Assembly: GCA_963844885.1 (NCBI GenBank)
Contig: CAWJQA010000009.1
Span: forward strand, 142,125 to 206,124
Direction: 5' to 3'
Source: an uncultured Holophagales bacterium
GTDB lineage: Bacteria; Acidobacteriota; Thermoanaerobaculia; Multivoradales; UBA5704
Length of the DNA stretch: 64,000 nucleotides
Part shown: in pieces, positions 52,852 through 61,304 of the stretch
Layout of the letters: each line of letters begins with the position of its first letter
Position numbering within the stretch: the first letter of the stretch is position 1
Notes under the pieces: model-generated
Databases searched by the model: none
What the model was told of the DNA's origin: nothing
Seen by the model: the letters and a program-made list of their open reading frames with translations, nothing else
Translations under genes and position numbers: made by a program

Positions 52852-53376
52852 TTAGTTCTTCTGCGGCCAGCGGACGAAGAAGCCGTCGGCCCAGACGATG
52901 TCCTGGTCGTAGTTCGTCGGATCGAACGAGGTCACCGAATAGGTGCCCGAACCCTCGGCCGTCTTGTTGCGGCCCAGGCTGCGGATGGCCATGACGTTCG
53001 CGGCCAGCGGGTTCGCCGTATTCAGGTAGAAATCGTAGGGCGTCTTCCAGCCGTCGGCGCCCGGGACGTCCTGCATGTACTGCGGCACCAGCACGCTGCC
53101 CACCTGCGCCGCCGTCAGGGCGGTGCCGTAGGAGCTGAGGACGACGTCCGAAGCCGCGGCGCCGGCCGCGGCGGCGCCGACCTGGTCGGTCAGCCACGAA
53201 AACATCGCGGTGCCGGTATTCCGAATGTCGGCCACGGTCCGCTTCTGCTTCGCCTTCTGAAGGGCGTCGAGGAAGTTGGGGATCAGCAGCGCCGCGATGA
53301 TGCCGATGATGGCCACCACGATCAGCAGCTCGATCAGCGTGAAGCCCTTCTGACGGTTCCGGATTCTGCTCAACAT
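52852..53376 (-). CDS. Prepilin-type pilin-like protein, tandem copy 3
   Basis: Start at ATG 53376, after GGGAGGAG. It differs from copies 1 and 2 at three residues. Confidence 0.9.
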   Translation of the reverse strand: MLSRIRNRQKGFTLIELLIVVAIIGIIAALLIPNFLDALQKAKQKRTVADIRNTGTAMFSWLTDQVGAAAAGAAASDVVLSSYGTALTAAQVGSVLVPQYMQDVPGADGWKTPYDFYLNTANPLAANVMAIRSLGRNKTAEGSGTYSVTSFDPTNYDQDIVWADGFFVRWPQKN

Positions 53377-53448
53377 AGGGTTCTCCTCCCTGGTTTCCAA
53401 TGTTCTGGCCCCGTCCTAGGGGACCGTCGCTCGTTCGGTTCCTTGAAT

Positions 53449-53464
53449 AGCAGGCCCGATGCCA
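53449..53464 (-). promoter_or_regulatory. Sigma-54 type -24/-12 promoter (TGGCATCGGGCCTGCT)
   Basis: GG and GC are at canonical spacing, about 73 nt upstream of ATG 53376. Confidence 0.55.
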
Positions 53465-53551
53465 ACCCGTAAACCATTGAATATACGGGTTTTTCTCTTC
53501 ACGGCCGGACACAAAGTGTCAGCGCCGGCTCGGCGTGGGTGACACCGGTTG

Positions 53552-54997
53552 TCAGCCCGTTGTTTTCTCGCCGAGAATCAGCCTGCGGACCAGATCGCGG
53601 TAGACCTCGACCCCCTCCACGAACCCCGGCAGGGCGAAGCGCTCGTTCGCCTTGTCGACCTGCAGGGTGTCGGTGTTCATGATGAGGAAGGGGGAGAAGC
53701 CATAGGACGGGATCCCGGCCGCGCGGAAGAAGCGGGAGTCGGTCGCGGTCCACGGCAGGAAGTAGGGGCCGGAGGGCGCCTCGGGGTAGTGGTCCTTGAG
53801 CGTCGCGGTGATCTGCCGGAACACCGGGTGGTCGACGGGGCTGCCGTGGTTGACGGCGGGCGGCGCGTCGATGGTCCAGGAGAGGCCGTGGAGCATCCAG
53901 GCCGGCACCAGCTTCGGCAGCTCCTCCTCCAGCTTCGCACCCGGCAGGAGGTGGATCTTGATCAGGAGCTGCCAGCCGCCGCCCGGGGCCTCCTCGGGCC
54001 TGAACGGCACCGCTTCGTTGCGGAACATCGAGCGCAGGTAGTCCGGCAGCTTGTGGAACGACGCCTGGCTCGCAATCGTGGCGTCCGGATCGGCGAGAAG
54101 GTCACGCAGCTCCTGGCGGTCACGGGTGGGGCCGTAGACCTTCAGGGCTTCCCTTACTTCGGGGATGACGCGGAGGTCGGTTTCGGTGAAGCCGGTCTCT
54201 TTCAAGGTGCTGCGGAGCTGGTCGAGCGGCTCGCGGGTCTCGCTGCAGACGAGGAGGTCGACGTAGCGCTTCTGGGCGACCTCGGTGCCCCAGAACTTGA
54301 TGTCGTCCCGGGCCCGCGCCTCGACCACGCCGCCTTCGGTGAGGACGGCCCAGAAGTCCCGGACCATCTCCGGGTGCTCGCGCAGGATGCGGCGCACCCC
54401 CAGGCGGCTCCCCCTCTCCTCGCTGCTGGTCGCCAGGAAGAGGACGGAGCGCGCGAGGGGTTTGCCGCTCGCCTTGAGGTCGGCCATGGCCAGGAGCTGG
54501 GCCACGGCCACGCTCTTCATGTCGAACACGCCGCGGCCATAGATCCAGGGCGATTCGACAAAGGCTTCGAACGGCGGATGGAACCACTCGGCCGGGTCGA
54601 CCTTCTCCACGTCGATGTGGTTGTGGAGGACGAGCGGGTGAGGGTCCTTCCCTGCGAGGAGGGCGTAGAGGTTGGCCTTGCGCTTGCCTACGATCTCGAT
54701 GCGGGTGGGGATGCCCGCCTTCTCCAGCCGGGCGGCGAGGAACCGGGCGCCGGCCACCTCGTCGCCCGTGGCTTCGCTGGTGTCGATCCGCACGTACTCG
54801 CGCAGGAGCTGGACCTCCGGCAGGCTCAGGTAGTCCACCTTGGCCCAGCGGTCCAGGACGCCGGACCGCAGCGGCCGGTTCAGGAAGGTGACGAGCACCC
54901 AGGCGATCCCTCCGATGAGGAGGAGGCTCCCGTAGAGGGCGGCGCGTGCGGCCATCCGCCGTCGGCGCTGAAAGGGGGTCCAGGTCTTCTTCGACAT
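53552..54997 (-). CDS. M20-family metallopeptidase with an N-terminal membrane anchor
   Basis: MSKKTWTPFQRRRRMAARAALYGSLLLIGGIAWVLV.. anchor, ..LHNHIDVE.., ..GRGVFDMK.. and ..TSSEERG... The start is ATG 54997; the 775-aa track ORF is an extension through shadow sequence. Confidence 0.82.
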   Translation of the reverse strand: MSKKTWTPFQRRRRMAARAALYGSLLLIGGIAWVLVTFLNRPLRSGVLDRWAKVDYLSLPEVQLLREYVRIDTSEATGDEVAGARFLAARLEKAGIPTRIEIVGKRKANLYALLAGKDPHPLVLHNHIDVEKVDPAEWFHPPFEAFVESPWIYGRGVFDMKSVAVAQLLAMADLKASGKPLARSVLFLATSSEERGSRLGVRRILREHPEMVRDFWAVLTEGGVVEARARDDIKFWGTEVAQKRYVDLLVCSETREPLDQLRSTLKETGFTETDLRVIPEVREALKVYGPTRDRQELRDLLADPDATIASQASFHKLPDYLRSMFRNEAVPFRPEEAPGGGWQLLIKIHLLPGAKLEEELPKLVPAWMLHGLSWTIDAPPAVNHGSPVDHPVFRQITATLKDHYPEAPSGPYFLPWTATDSRFFRAAGIPSYGFSPFLIMNTDTLQVDKANERFALPGFVEGVEVYRDLVRRLILGEKTTG

Positions 54998-55027
54998 GAG
55001 CGGGGATGATACTAGGTCAATCAGGTT

Positions 55028-56752
55028 GTGTATGCTCACCGGCGGACGAACCTCATCTTGAACGCGATCCCCGAAACCACGCCTCCGGACCGCCCGGACC
55101 GCCCGGACCAGATACCCCGCTGGCTGTTCCCGGCCGCGGCCGTGGCGTGCCTCGCCTATCTCGGCGCCGAGCTCTTCCTGGTCGGAGGCCTCGGCTTTCC
55201 GCTGGACGACTCCTGGATCCACCTCCAGTTCGCGCGCAACCTGGCCGCGGGAAAGGGTCTCTCGTACAACCCCGGCGAGCTGGTCACCGGCTCGACCGCG
55301 CCGCTCTGGACGGCCCTGCTCTCGGTCCTCTTCCTCTTGCCCGGGCCGCCCGGAATTGTCGTCGCGTGGACCAAGCTGCTCGGGATCGCCTTTCACCTCG
55401 CCGGGGTATCGGCCACCTGGCGCCTCGGCCGGGAGCTGGGGCTCGGCCGCGGTCTGGCCGGCCTCGCCGCCGTGCTGATGCTGACCACTTCCTGGCTGGT
55501 CTGGTCGGCCCTGTCCGGGATGGAGGTGCCGCTCTTCATCTTTCTGTCCCTCTCGGGCATCCGCCTCCATCTCCGGGAACGGGAGCAGCCGGAACGCCCC
55601 CCGCTGGCCGCGCCGGTGCTGGCGGTGGCGGCCCTGGCCCGGCCGGAAGGGCTGATGCTGCTGGTGCTCGCCCTGATCGACCGGCTGCTGGTGTTCGAAC
55701 GCAGTGGGGAAGACGGTCCGCTCCTCTGGCGCCGGCCCCCCCTCCGGTCGCTCCGGCCCGTGATCGCGGGCGCGCTGCTGGCGGTCCTGGCCCTCGCCGG
55801 TCCTCTCCTCTTCTACCGTTGGGCCGGCGGCTCGTTCCTCCCGACCACCTTCGGCGCCAAGGGGGGCGGCCTGCGGCAACTGGTGCCCAACCTCTCATAC
55901 GTATACACCGTGCTCGGCGTCTGGTTCCGGTCGCAGCCTTTCCTGTCCCTGGTGGCCGGCGCCGGGGTGGTGGCGCTCCTCGCCCGTCTCGGGACGCGGC
56001 GGGACCGGGGTCTCCTGCCGGCCCTGTGGGTGGTGGGCCTGCCGCTGGCCTACTCGATGATGGCGGCCTCGCCCACGAAGCTGATGGGCAACTTCGGCCG
56101 CTACTATTTCCCGCTGATCCCGGTGGTGATCCTCCTCGGCGCCCTGGGTCTGGAGCCGGCGGCGCGCGCGCTCGCCCCGCGGCCGCAGGAAGAGGGCGGA
56201 CGAGGGGTCCGGATCCCGCTCGGAGCGCTGCTGGCCGGCGTGATCCTGGCCACGGCTCTTTGGGGATTCGCGCAAGGAGCTGTGCGGTACGCGCGCAACG
56301 TCGCCAATGTCGAGGACAGCGACGTGCGCATCGCCCGCTGGCTCGGCGAGCGCTTGCCGCCGCAGGCCCTGCTGGCGGTCAACGACATCGGCGCCATCAA
56401 GTTCCTCCTCCCGAACCCGGTCCTGGACCTGGCCGGGATCGCGAACCCGGAGATCCGGGGCGAGGTGTCGCAGCTCGAGGCCTCCGGCCTGCCGTGGCAG
56501 TCCGCCATGGCCGAGGCGATCGCCCGCCGCCGGCCGGACTACGTGGTGGTCTTCCCCAAGTGGTTGACGGGGCTGGACGGCGACCCCCGCTTCCTGCCGC
56601 TCTATCGGCTCAAGATCCCGGACAACATCACGATGGGGGGAGACGAGATCGTGGTCTACGCGACGGCCTGGACCCGGTATCCATTGATTGATCCCGTTCC
56701 CCCTCTCCCCAACCCTCTCCCCCGTGCCGGGGGAGAGGGAGCTTCCCGCTGA
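55028..56752 (+). CDS. Polytopic GT-C-like membrane glycosyltransferase (ArnT/PMT-like)
   Basis: First-loop acidic motif ..GFPLDDSWIHLQFARN.. and many TM helices. The last 15 or so codons are encoded by a REP-like element. Confidence 0.55.
   Translation: MYAHRRTNLILNAIPETTPPDRPDRPDQIPRWLFPAAAVACLAYLGAELFLVGGLGFPLDDSWIHLQFARNLAAGKGLSYNPGELVTGSTAPLWTALLSVLFLLPGPPGIVVAWTKLLGIAFHLAGVSATWRLGRELGLGRGLAGLAAVLMLTTSWLVWSALSGMEVPLFIFLSLSGIRLHLREREQPERPPLAAPVLAVAALARPEGLMLLVLALIDRLLVFERSGEDGPLLWRRPPLRSLRPVIAGALLAVLALAGPLLFYRWAGGSFLPTTFGAKGGGLRQLVPNLSYVYTVLGVWFRSQPFLSLVAGAGVVALLARLGTRRDRGLLPALWVVGLPLAYSMMAASPTKLMGNFGRYYFPLIPVVILLGALGLEPAARALAPRPQEEGGRGVRIPLGALLAGVILATALWGFAQGAVRYARNVANVEDSDVRIARWLGERLPPQALLAVNDIGAIKFLLPNPVLDLAGIANPEIRGEVSQLEASGLPWQSAMAEAIARRRPDYVVVFPKWLTGLDGDPRFLPLYRLKIPDNITMGGDEIVVYATAWTRYPLIDPVPPLPNPLPRAGGEGASR
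56698..56742. repeat. REP-like palindromic element, second copy
   Basis: The hairpin at 56713-56739 has the same stem as at 33706-33732. The flanking roughly 45 nt are near-identical. Confidence 0.8.
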
Positions 56753-56756
56753 TAGA

Positions 56757-57872
56757 ATGCGCACCGTGAACGTCCCCATCCTCGACCTGACCCGAGTCCA
56801 TCGCCGCATCGCGACCCCGCTGGAGGAGCGCTGGCGGCGCACCCTGTCCGAAAGCTCGTTCATCCTGGGCCCGGAGGTCCGGGAATTCGAGACCGCCTTC
56901 GCCGCCTACCTGGGAGTCGAGGCCTGCACCGGCCTCGCCAACGGCACCGACGCGCTGGTGCTCGCGCTCCGCGCCTTGGGGCTCCGGCCCGGCGACGAGG
57001 TGATCGTCCCGTCCTTCTCCTTCTTCGCCACGGCCGAGGCCGTCCTCCTCCTGGGAGGCATGCCGGTCTTCGCGGACGTCGATCCCGAAACGCTGAACCT
57101 CGACCCCGCGGATGCCGCGCGCCGGGTGACGGAGCGGACCGTGGGTCTCATCCCCGTCCATCTCTATGGCCGGCCGATCGACGTAGACGCCACCCTGGCC
57201 GTCTGCGACAAGCACGGCCTTTGGATGCTCGAAGACGCGGCCCAGGCGCAGGGCGCGGCCTGGAAGGGCAAGCGGGTGGGCGGCTTCGGCCGCCTTGCCG
57301 CCTGGAGCTTCTACCCGACCAAGAACCTCGGCTGCTTCGGGGATGGCGGCGCCGTCACGGGCAACGACAAGGATCTGGTGGCCGCCGTTCACCGGCTGGC
57401 GAACCACGGCCAGACCAGCCGCTACCATCATGTCGAGGTCGGCACGAACAGCCGCCTCGACAGCCTGCAGGCGGCCGTCCTCAACTGCCGCCTCGCGCTC
57501 CTGGAAGAGGACAACACTCGCCGCCGCGAGCTGGCCTGCCGCTACCACGGCGCCTTCAACGGGGTCGGCGACCTGCGGCTGATCCCGGACCCGCCCGGCG
57601 CGCTGTCGGTCTACCACCAGTACACGGTCCGGACCTCGCGCCGGGACGAGCTGATGGAGCATCTGAAGTCCCGGGGCATCGCTTCGGCCGTCCACTACCC
57701 GGTGCCGATCCACCACCAGCCCGTCATGCGGAAGCTGGGAGCCGATCCCGGAGGCCTCCCGGTCTCCACGGCCGCGGCGAAGGAAGTGCTCTGCCTGCCG
57801 ATCTTCCCCGAGCTGACCGACGAGGAGCACGAGCGGGTCTGCGCGGGGGTGCGGGAGTTTTTCGGGGCGTAA
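56757..57872 (+). CDS. DegT/DnrJ/EryC1/StrS-family PLP-dependent sugar aminotransferase
   Basis: ..PILDLTR.., ..GTDALVLALRALG.. and the Lys motif ..SFYPTKNLG... Start at ATG 56757. Confidence 0.88.
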   Translation: MRTVNVPILDLTRVHRRIATPLEERWRRTLSESSFILGPEVREFETAFAAYLGVEACTGLANGTDALVLALRALGLRPGDEVIVPSFSFFATAEAVLLLGGMPVFADVDPETLNLDPADAARRVTERTVGLIPVHLYGRPIDVDATLAVCDKHGLWMLEDAAQAQGAAWKGKRVGGFGRLAAWSFYPTKNLGCFGDGGAVTGNDKDLVAAVHRLANHGQTSRYHHVEVGTNSRLDSLQAAVLNCRLALLEEDNTRRRELACRYHGAFNGVGDLRLIPDPPGALSVYHQYTVRTSRRDELMEHLKSRGIASAVHYPVPIHHQPVMRKLGADPGGLPVSTAAAKEVLCLPIFPELTDEEHERVCAGVREFFGA

Positions 57873-58418
57873 TGGCGCTACTTCGAAGACCCCGTCCTCC
57901 AGGAGACCCAAGCCTGGCTCAAGAAGGCCGTCATCGGCCTCAACCTGTGCCCCTTCGCCAAGGCGGTCCACATCGGGAACCGCATCCGGTACGCCGTCAG
58001 TCAGGCGGAGACTCCCGGGGAGTTGTTGGCCGACCTTCTGGTGGAGCTTCGGACTCTGGCGGACGCCGACCCCGAGGAGGTCGAAACCACGCTGCTGATC
58101 CACCCCCGGGTGCTCACGGACTTCGCCGACTACAACGACTTCCTCGACGTCGCCGACGACGCCTTGGACGAGCTCGACCTGACCGGCGAGATCCAGATCG
58201 CCAGCTTCCATCCGCTCTACCAGTTCGCCGGCTCCGATCCGGACGACATCGAGAACTACACCAACCGCTCACCCTACCCGATGCTCCACCTGTTGCGTGA
58301 GGAGAGCGTCGACCGGGCGGTGGAAGCCTTCCCCGAGACGGAGAAGATCTACGAATCCAACATGGAGACGCTCCGGGCGCTGGGCCGCGAAGGCTGGCGC
58401 CGCCTCGGGCTCAAGTAG
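57872..58418 (+). pseudogene. DUF1415-family protein; start region frame-disrupted as sequenced
   Basis: The conserved N-terminus ..RYFEDPVLQETQAWLKKAVIGLNLCPFAK.. begins right after the DegT TAA, in the same frame and with no start codon. ATG 57872 (TAATG overlap) is one base out of frame, and removing one G restores M-RYFEDP... Confidence 0.7.
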
Positions 58419-58420
58419 GC

Positions 58421-60055
58421 CTACTTCGGCAGCGCCTCCAGCAGCCGGCTCACCTGCTCGTTCGGCCGGACGGCCAGCGCGGTTCTCAGATCCCGGCGGG
58501 CCTCCTCGATCTTCCCCTGTCTCGCGCTGATCAGGGCGCGGAAGTAGAGGGCGCGCTGGCTCTCGGGATCGGCGGCCAGGACCCGGTCGAGCTCGGACCG
58601 GGCGGCTGAGGCCAGGGCGGGGTCGCGGTCGCCCGGCCAGCCTCCGAAAGGAGGAATGACCCGCAGCTCCAACCTGGCGAGCAGCGGCTCGAAACGGGGG
58701 ATGCGCCGCAGGTAGACCGCCCGGAAGTCGTCCCAATACACCAGGCCCCAACGGTCGCTCTGGAAGTCCGCGTCCCATTCGTGCTCGGTGATCAGAGCCC
58801 AATCCACCCGGTAGCGGTCCATCAGCTCCGGGAACGGCGTCGAGACATACTCCTTCACCAGCGGCGCGAAAACGTCGTTGCGGCCGTCCCAGAAAACCGG
58901 CTCTTTCAGACGCCAGAGAAGATAGCCGCCGATGTTCTGGTGGTTGAACATCCGCCCGCGGATGCCCTGGGCCAGGACGAACCGCGCCGCCGGCTCCGGC
59001 ACGCCGAGCGCCAGAAGCCGGGTCTCGAAACCGGTCCACGCCACCAACGCTGACACCGCGGTCAGCGCCGCCACTCCGAAGGCGGCCAGGCTGGACGGCT
59101 TCCGCTCCGCCCAGAGCCGGTGGATCACCGGCACGGCCAGGATCGCGGCGTGGAAGACAAACCGGGGAGACCGGTAGATGAGGCAGACGAAGACCGCGAT
59201 TCCCACGATCTCGGCCAGGGAGACCGGCACCCGCCGCAACGGCAGGAGACCGCCCAGGAGAAGGACGGCCAGGATCAGCAGCCCCGAGTTGGCCGCCGGG
59301 GACGAGGCCGCGAAGTGGCCCAGCTCCCAGGGGATGCCGCTGGCAAAGAGGATGCGGCTCAGCCGGAAGGGATAGAGAAGCGCCTCGATCCCGTTCGGGT
59401 TGACCAGGGAGAGGCCGGCGGACGCAGCCAGGGTGAGGAGGTACGGACGGGCCTTCCGCCGGAGAACCGCCTCCAGCGTGAAGAGGCCCAGAACGAACAG
59501 GCCGAAGATCACTCCCGAATGGAGGTTGGCCCAAACCCAGAAAAGCCCGGCCACGAGGACAAGCTCCAGGCTGCGGCCGGTCTGCCGGTAGCGGGCGAGC
59601 AGGAGAAGGGTCAAGGCGAGGAAAAGCTCGCTCAGGAGGGCGGCCCGGAAGATAACCTCCGCCGAGACGGTCCAGAGGCCGACCGCCAGGAGGCCCGTCA
59701 AAAGATACGGCGGCGGGTCCGCCGGCCCTTCCGTCCTTATGGTCCGGGCCAGAGTCCAACCGATCAGGAGGATGACGAGGACGCGGGCCGCGATCAGGGC
59801 AAGGTAGCCGCCGGCCAGCCAGATCCCGTACGCCAGGAGCGAGAACCCCCATTCGTGGGTGACCCAGGGAGCGCCCGCCCGGGTAAAGGAGAAGGGGTCC
59901 ACGTGAGGAACCGCCCCGTGCTCCACCATCCAGGCACCGCTTTGGAGATGCCAGAACAGGTCGTCGTGGGACAGGGGCCGGGCCGCCAGCGGCACGACGA
60001 GCGCCAGCAGCGCGATCCAGCCCAGCCAGTCGGGGAGAGAGCGTTTGAGCGGCAA
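58421..60055 (-). CDS. Polytopic membrane protein with a C-terminal TPR-like region
   Basis: 544 aa with many TM helices, an N-terminal ..SHDDLFWHLQSG.. motif, and the C-terminus ..ALYFRALISARQGKIEEARRDLRTALAVRPN... Confidence 0.55.
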   Translation of the reverse strand: MPLKRSLPDWLGWIALLALVVPLAARPLSHDDLFWHLQSGAWMVEHGAVPHVDPFSFTRAGAPWVTHEWGFSLLAYGIWLAGGYLALIAARVLVILLIGWTLARTIRTEGPADPPPYLLTGLLAVGLWTVSAEVIFRAALLSELFLALTLLLLARYRQTGRSLELVLVAGLFWVWANLHSGVIFGLFVLGLFTLEAVLRRKARPYLLTLAASAGLSLVNPNGIEALLYPFRLSRILFASGIPWELGHFAASSPAANSGLLILAVLLLGGLLPLRRVPVSLAEIVGIAVFVCLIYRSPRFVFHAAILAVPVIHRLWAERKPSSLAAFGVAALTAVSALVAWTGFETRLLALGVPEPAARFVLAQGIRGRMFNHQNIGGYLLWRLKEPVFWDGRNDVFAPLVKEYVSTPFPELMDRYRVDWALITEHEWDADFQSDRWGLVYWDDFRAVYLRRIPRFEPLLARLELRVIPPFGGWPGDRDPALASAARSELDRVLAADPESQRALYFRALISARQGKIEEARRDLRTALAVRPNEQVSRLLEALPK

Positions 60056-60218
60056 CGGGGCGTCCTCGGAGAGATCTTAGTGTAGTGGGTCACACTAGCG
60101 AACGGCGTGGCCTCACAAAACTCTCCTGGGGCGAGGGACTCGGCGGCGGGCCGGTCTTTTCAGCTTTCAGAGGATTCCGCGAGCAAGCCTTCAAAGCTGC
60201 CAAACCCCCGTCTTTGCT

Positions 60219-60548
60219 CATTTCGGACCTCTCATCAAGGTCGTCGAGCCTCTCATCGAGATCGACGGGCCTCTCGTCGAGCTCGTCGAGCCTCTCATCG
60301 ACCTCCTGAGCCTCTCGTTGATATCGATGAGCCTCTCATCGACCTTGACGAGCCTCCCATCGAGGTCGTCGAGCCTCTCGTTGAGCTCAATGAGCCTCTC
60401 ATCGAGTCCGTTGAGCCTCTCATCGAGGTCGACGAGCCTCCCGTCGAACCCTTCGAGCCTCTCGTGAGGTCGATGAGCCTCTCGTTGAGCTCGATGAGAG
60501 GCTCGTCGAGGACGTTGAGAGGCTCGTCAGACTCGTCGAGCCTCTCGG
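60219..60548 (+). repeat. About 16 tandem 21-bp units (two units are 20 bp) with core GAGCCTCTC; reads h-x-E-P-L-(I/V)-(E/D) heptads on the plus strand
   Basis: Units were delimited by hand, for example gtcgtcgagcctctcatcgag and atcgacgggcctctcgtcgag. The motif inverts to GAGAGGCTC in units at 60490-60531. Confidence 0.9.
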
Positions 60549-60749
60549 GAGCCCCTCGAAAAGGCCTCCCGAGGCGACTGCGGAGGGGAACCGTCTGATT
60601 CCTTCTTTACGCGCCTGTCGACAGACCCTCGCGCGACTCGATCCCAGGCGGATCGAGGTCGGAGGAGAGGACCATCGCCCTCGTGGGAGTCAGCGGTTGA
60701 CGTTCCTCGGGCCTCCGTTCTAGGCTTTTCATTGATCTGAAATTTGCCG

Positions 60750-61299
60750 ATGGCTTCCTCGAAGAAAGACCCCTTGGAAAGGCTGGCGACCGGGGAGCGC
60801 GTCTACCTCCGCCACCCCGCCCGCGGCGATGCGGGTGAGCTCGCCTCGCTGGTGCGGGCGAGCCGGGACTATCTCCGTCCCTGGGTCTATCCCCCGAGCA
60901 CGGCGGAGGGTTTCCGGCGGTATGTCGAGCGGGTCGCGCCGGACCGGTTCTTCCCCTGCTTGATCGGCCTCCGCGAGACGGACGCCCTCGTGGGCGTCGT
61001 CAACGTCAGCGAGATCGTCCGCGGCGTGTTTCTCAGCGCCTACCTCGGCTTCTACGGGCACGCCGGCTACTCAGGCCAGGGTCTGGTCCGCGAGGGAGTC
61101 GGGCTCCTTTGCCGCCATGCTTTCCGGAAAGCTGAAGCTTCACCGGCTCGAAGCGAACGTACAGCCCGAAAACCGGAGCTCACTGGCGCTCGTCCGGGCG
61201 CTCGGGTTCCGGAAGGAGGGGCTGTCGCGGCGGTACCTCAAGATCGGGGGACGGTGGCGCGATCACGAGCGGTGGGCGCTGCTGGCGGAGGATGTCTAG
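60750..61299 (+). pseudogene. GNAT N-acetyltransferase (RimJ/RimL-like); one frame disruption as sequenced
   Basis: The N-terminal part ..[38 protein letters not shown] joins [38 protein letters not shown] in the +1 frame at about 61125. Confidence 0.78.
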
Positions 61300-61304
61300 A
61301 GGTA

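Noticed and set aside
53552-55879. N-terminal extensions of the track ORFs 53552-55879, 44141-46561 and 29113-30957
   Set aside because: The extensions are low-complexity Arg/Gly/Pro sequence that overlaps neighbouring genes. Internal ATGs with SD sequences or signal/anchor peptides (54997, 45895, 30192) give products of family-typical length.
60078-60097. 6-bp inverted repeat TAGTGT-N8-ACACTA upstream of the EPL-repeat array, as a possible operator
   Set aside because: The arms are too short to distinguish from chance without conservation data.
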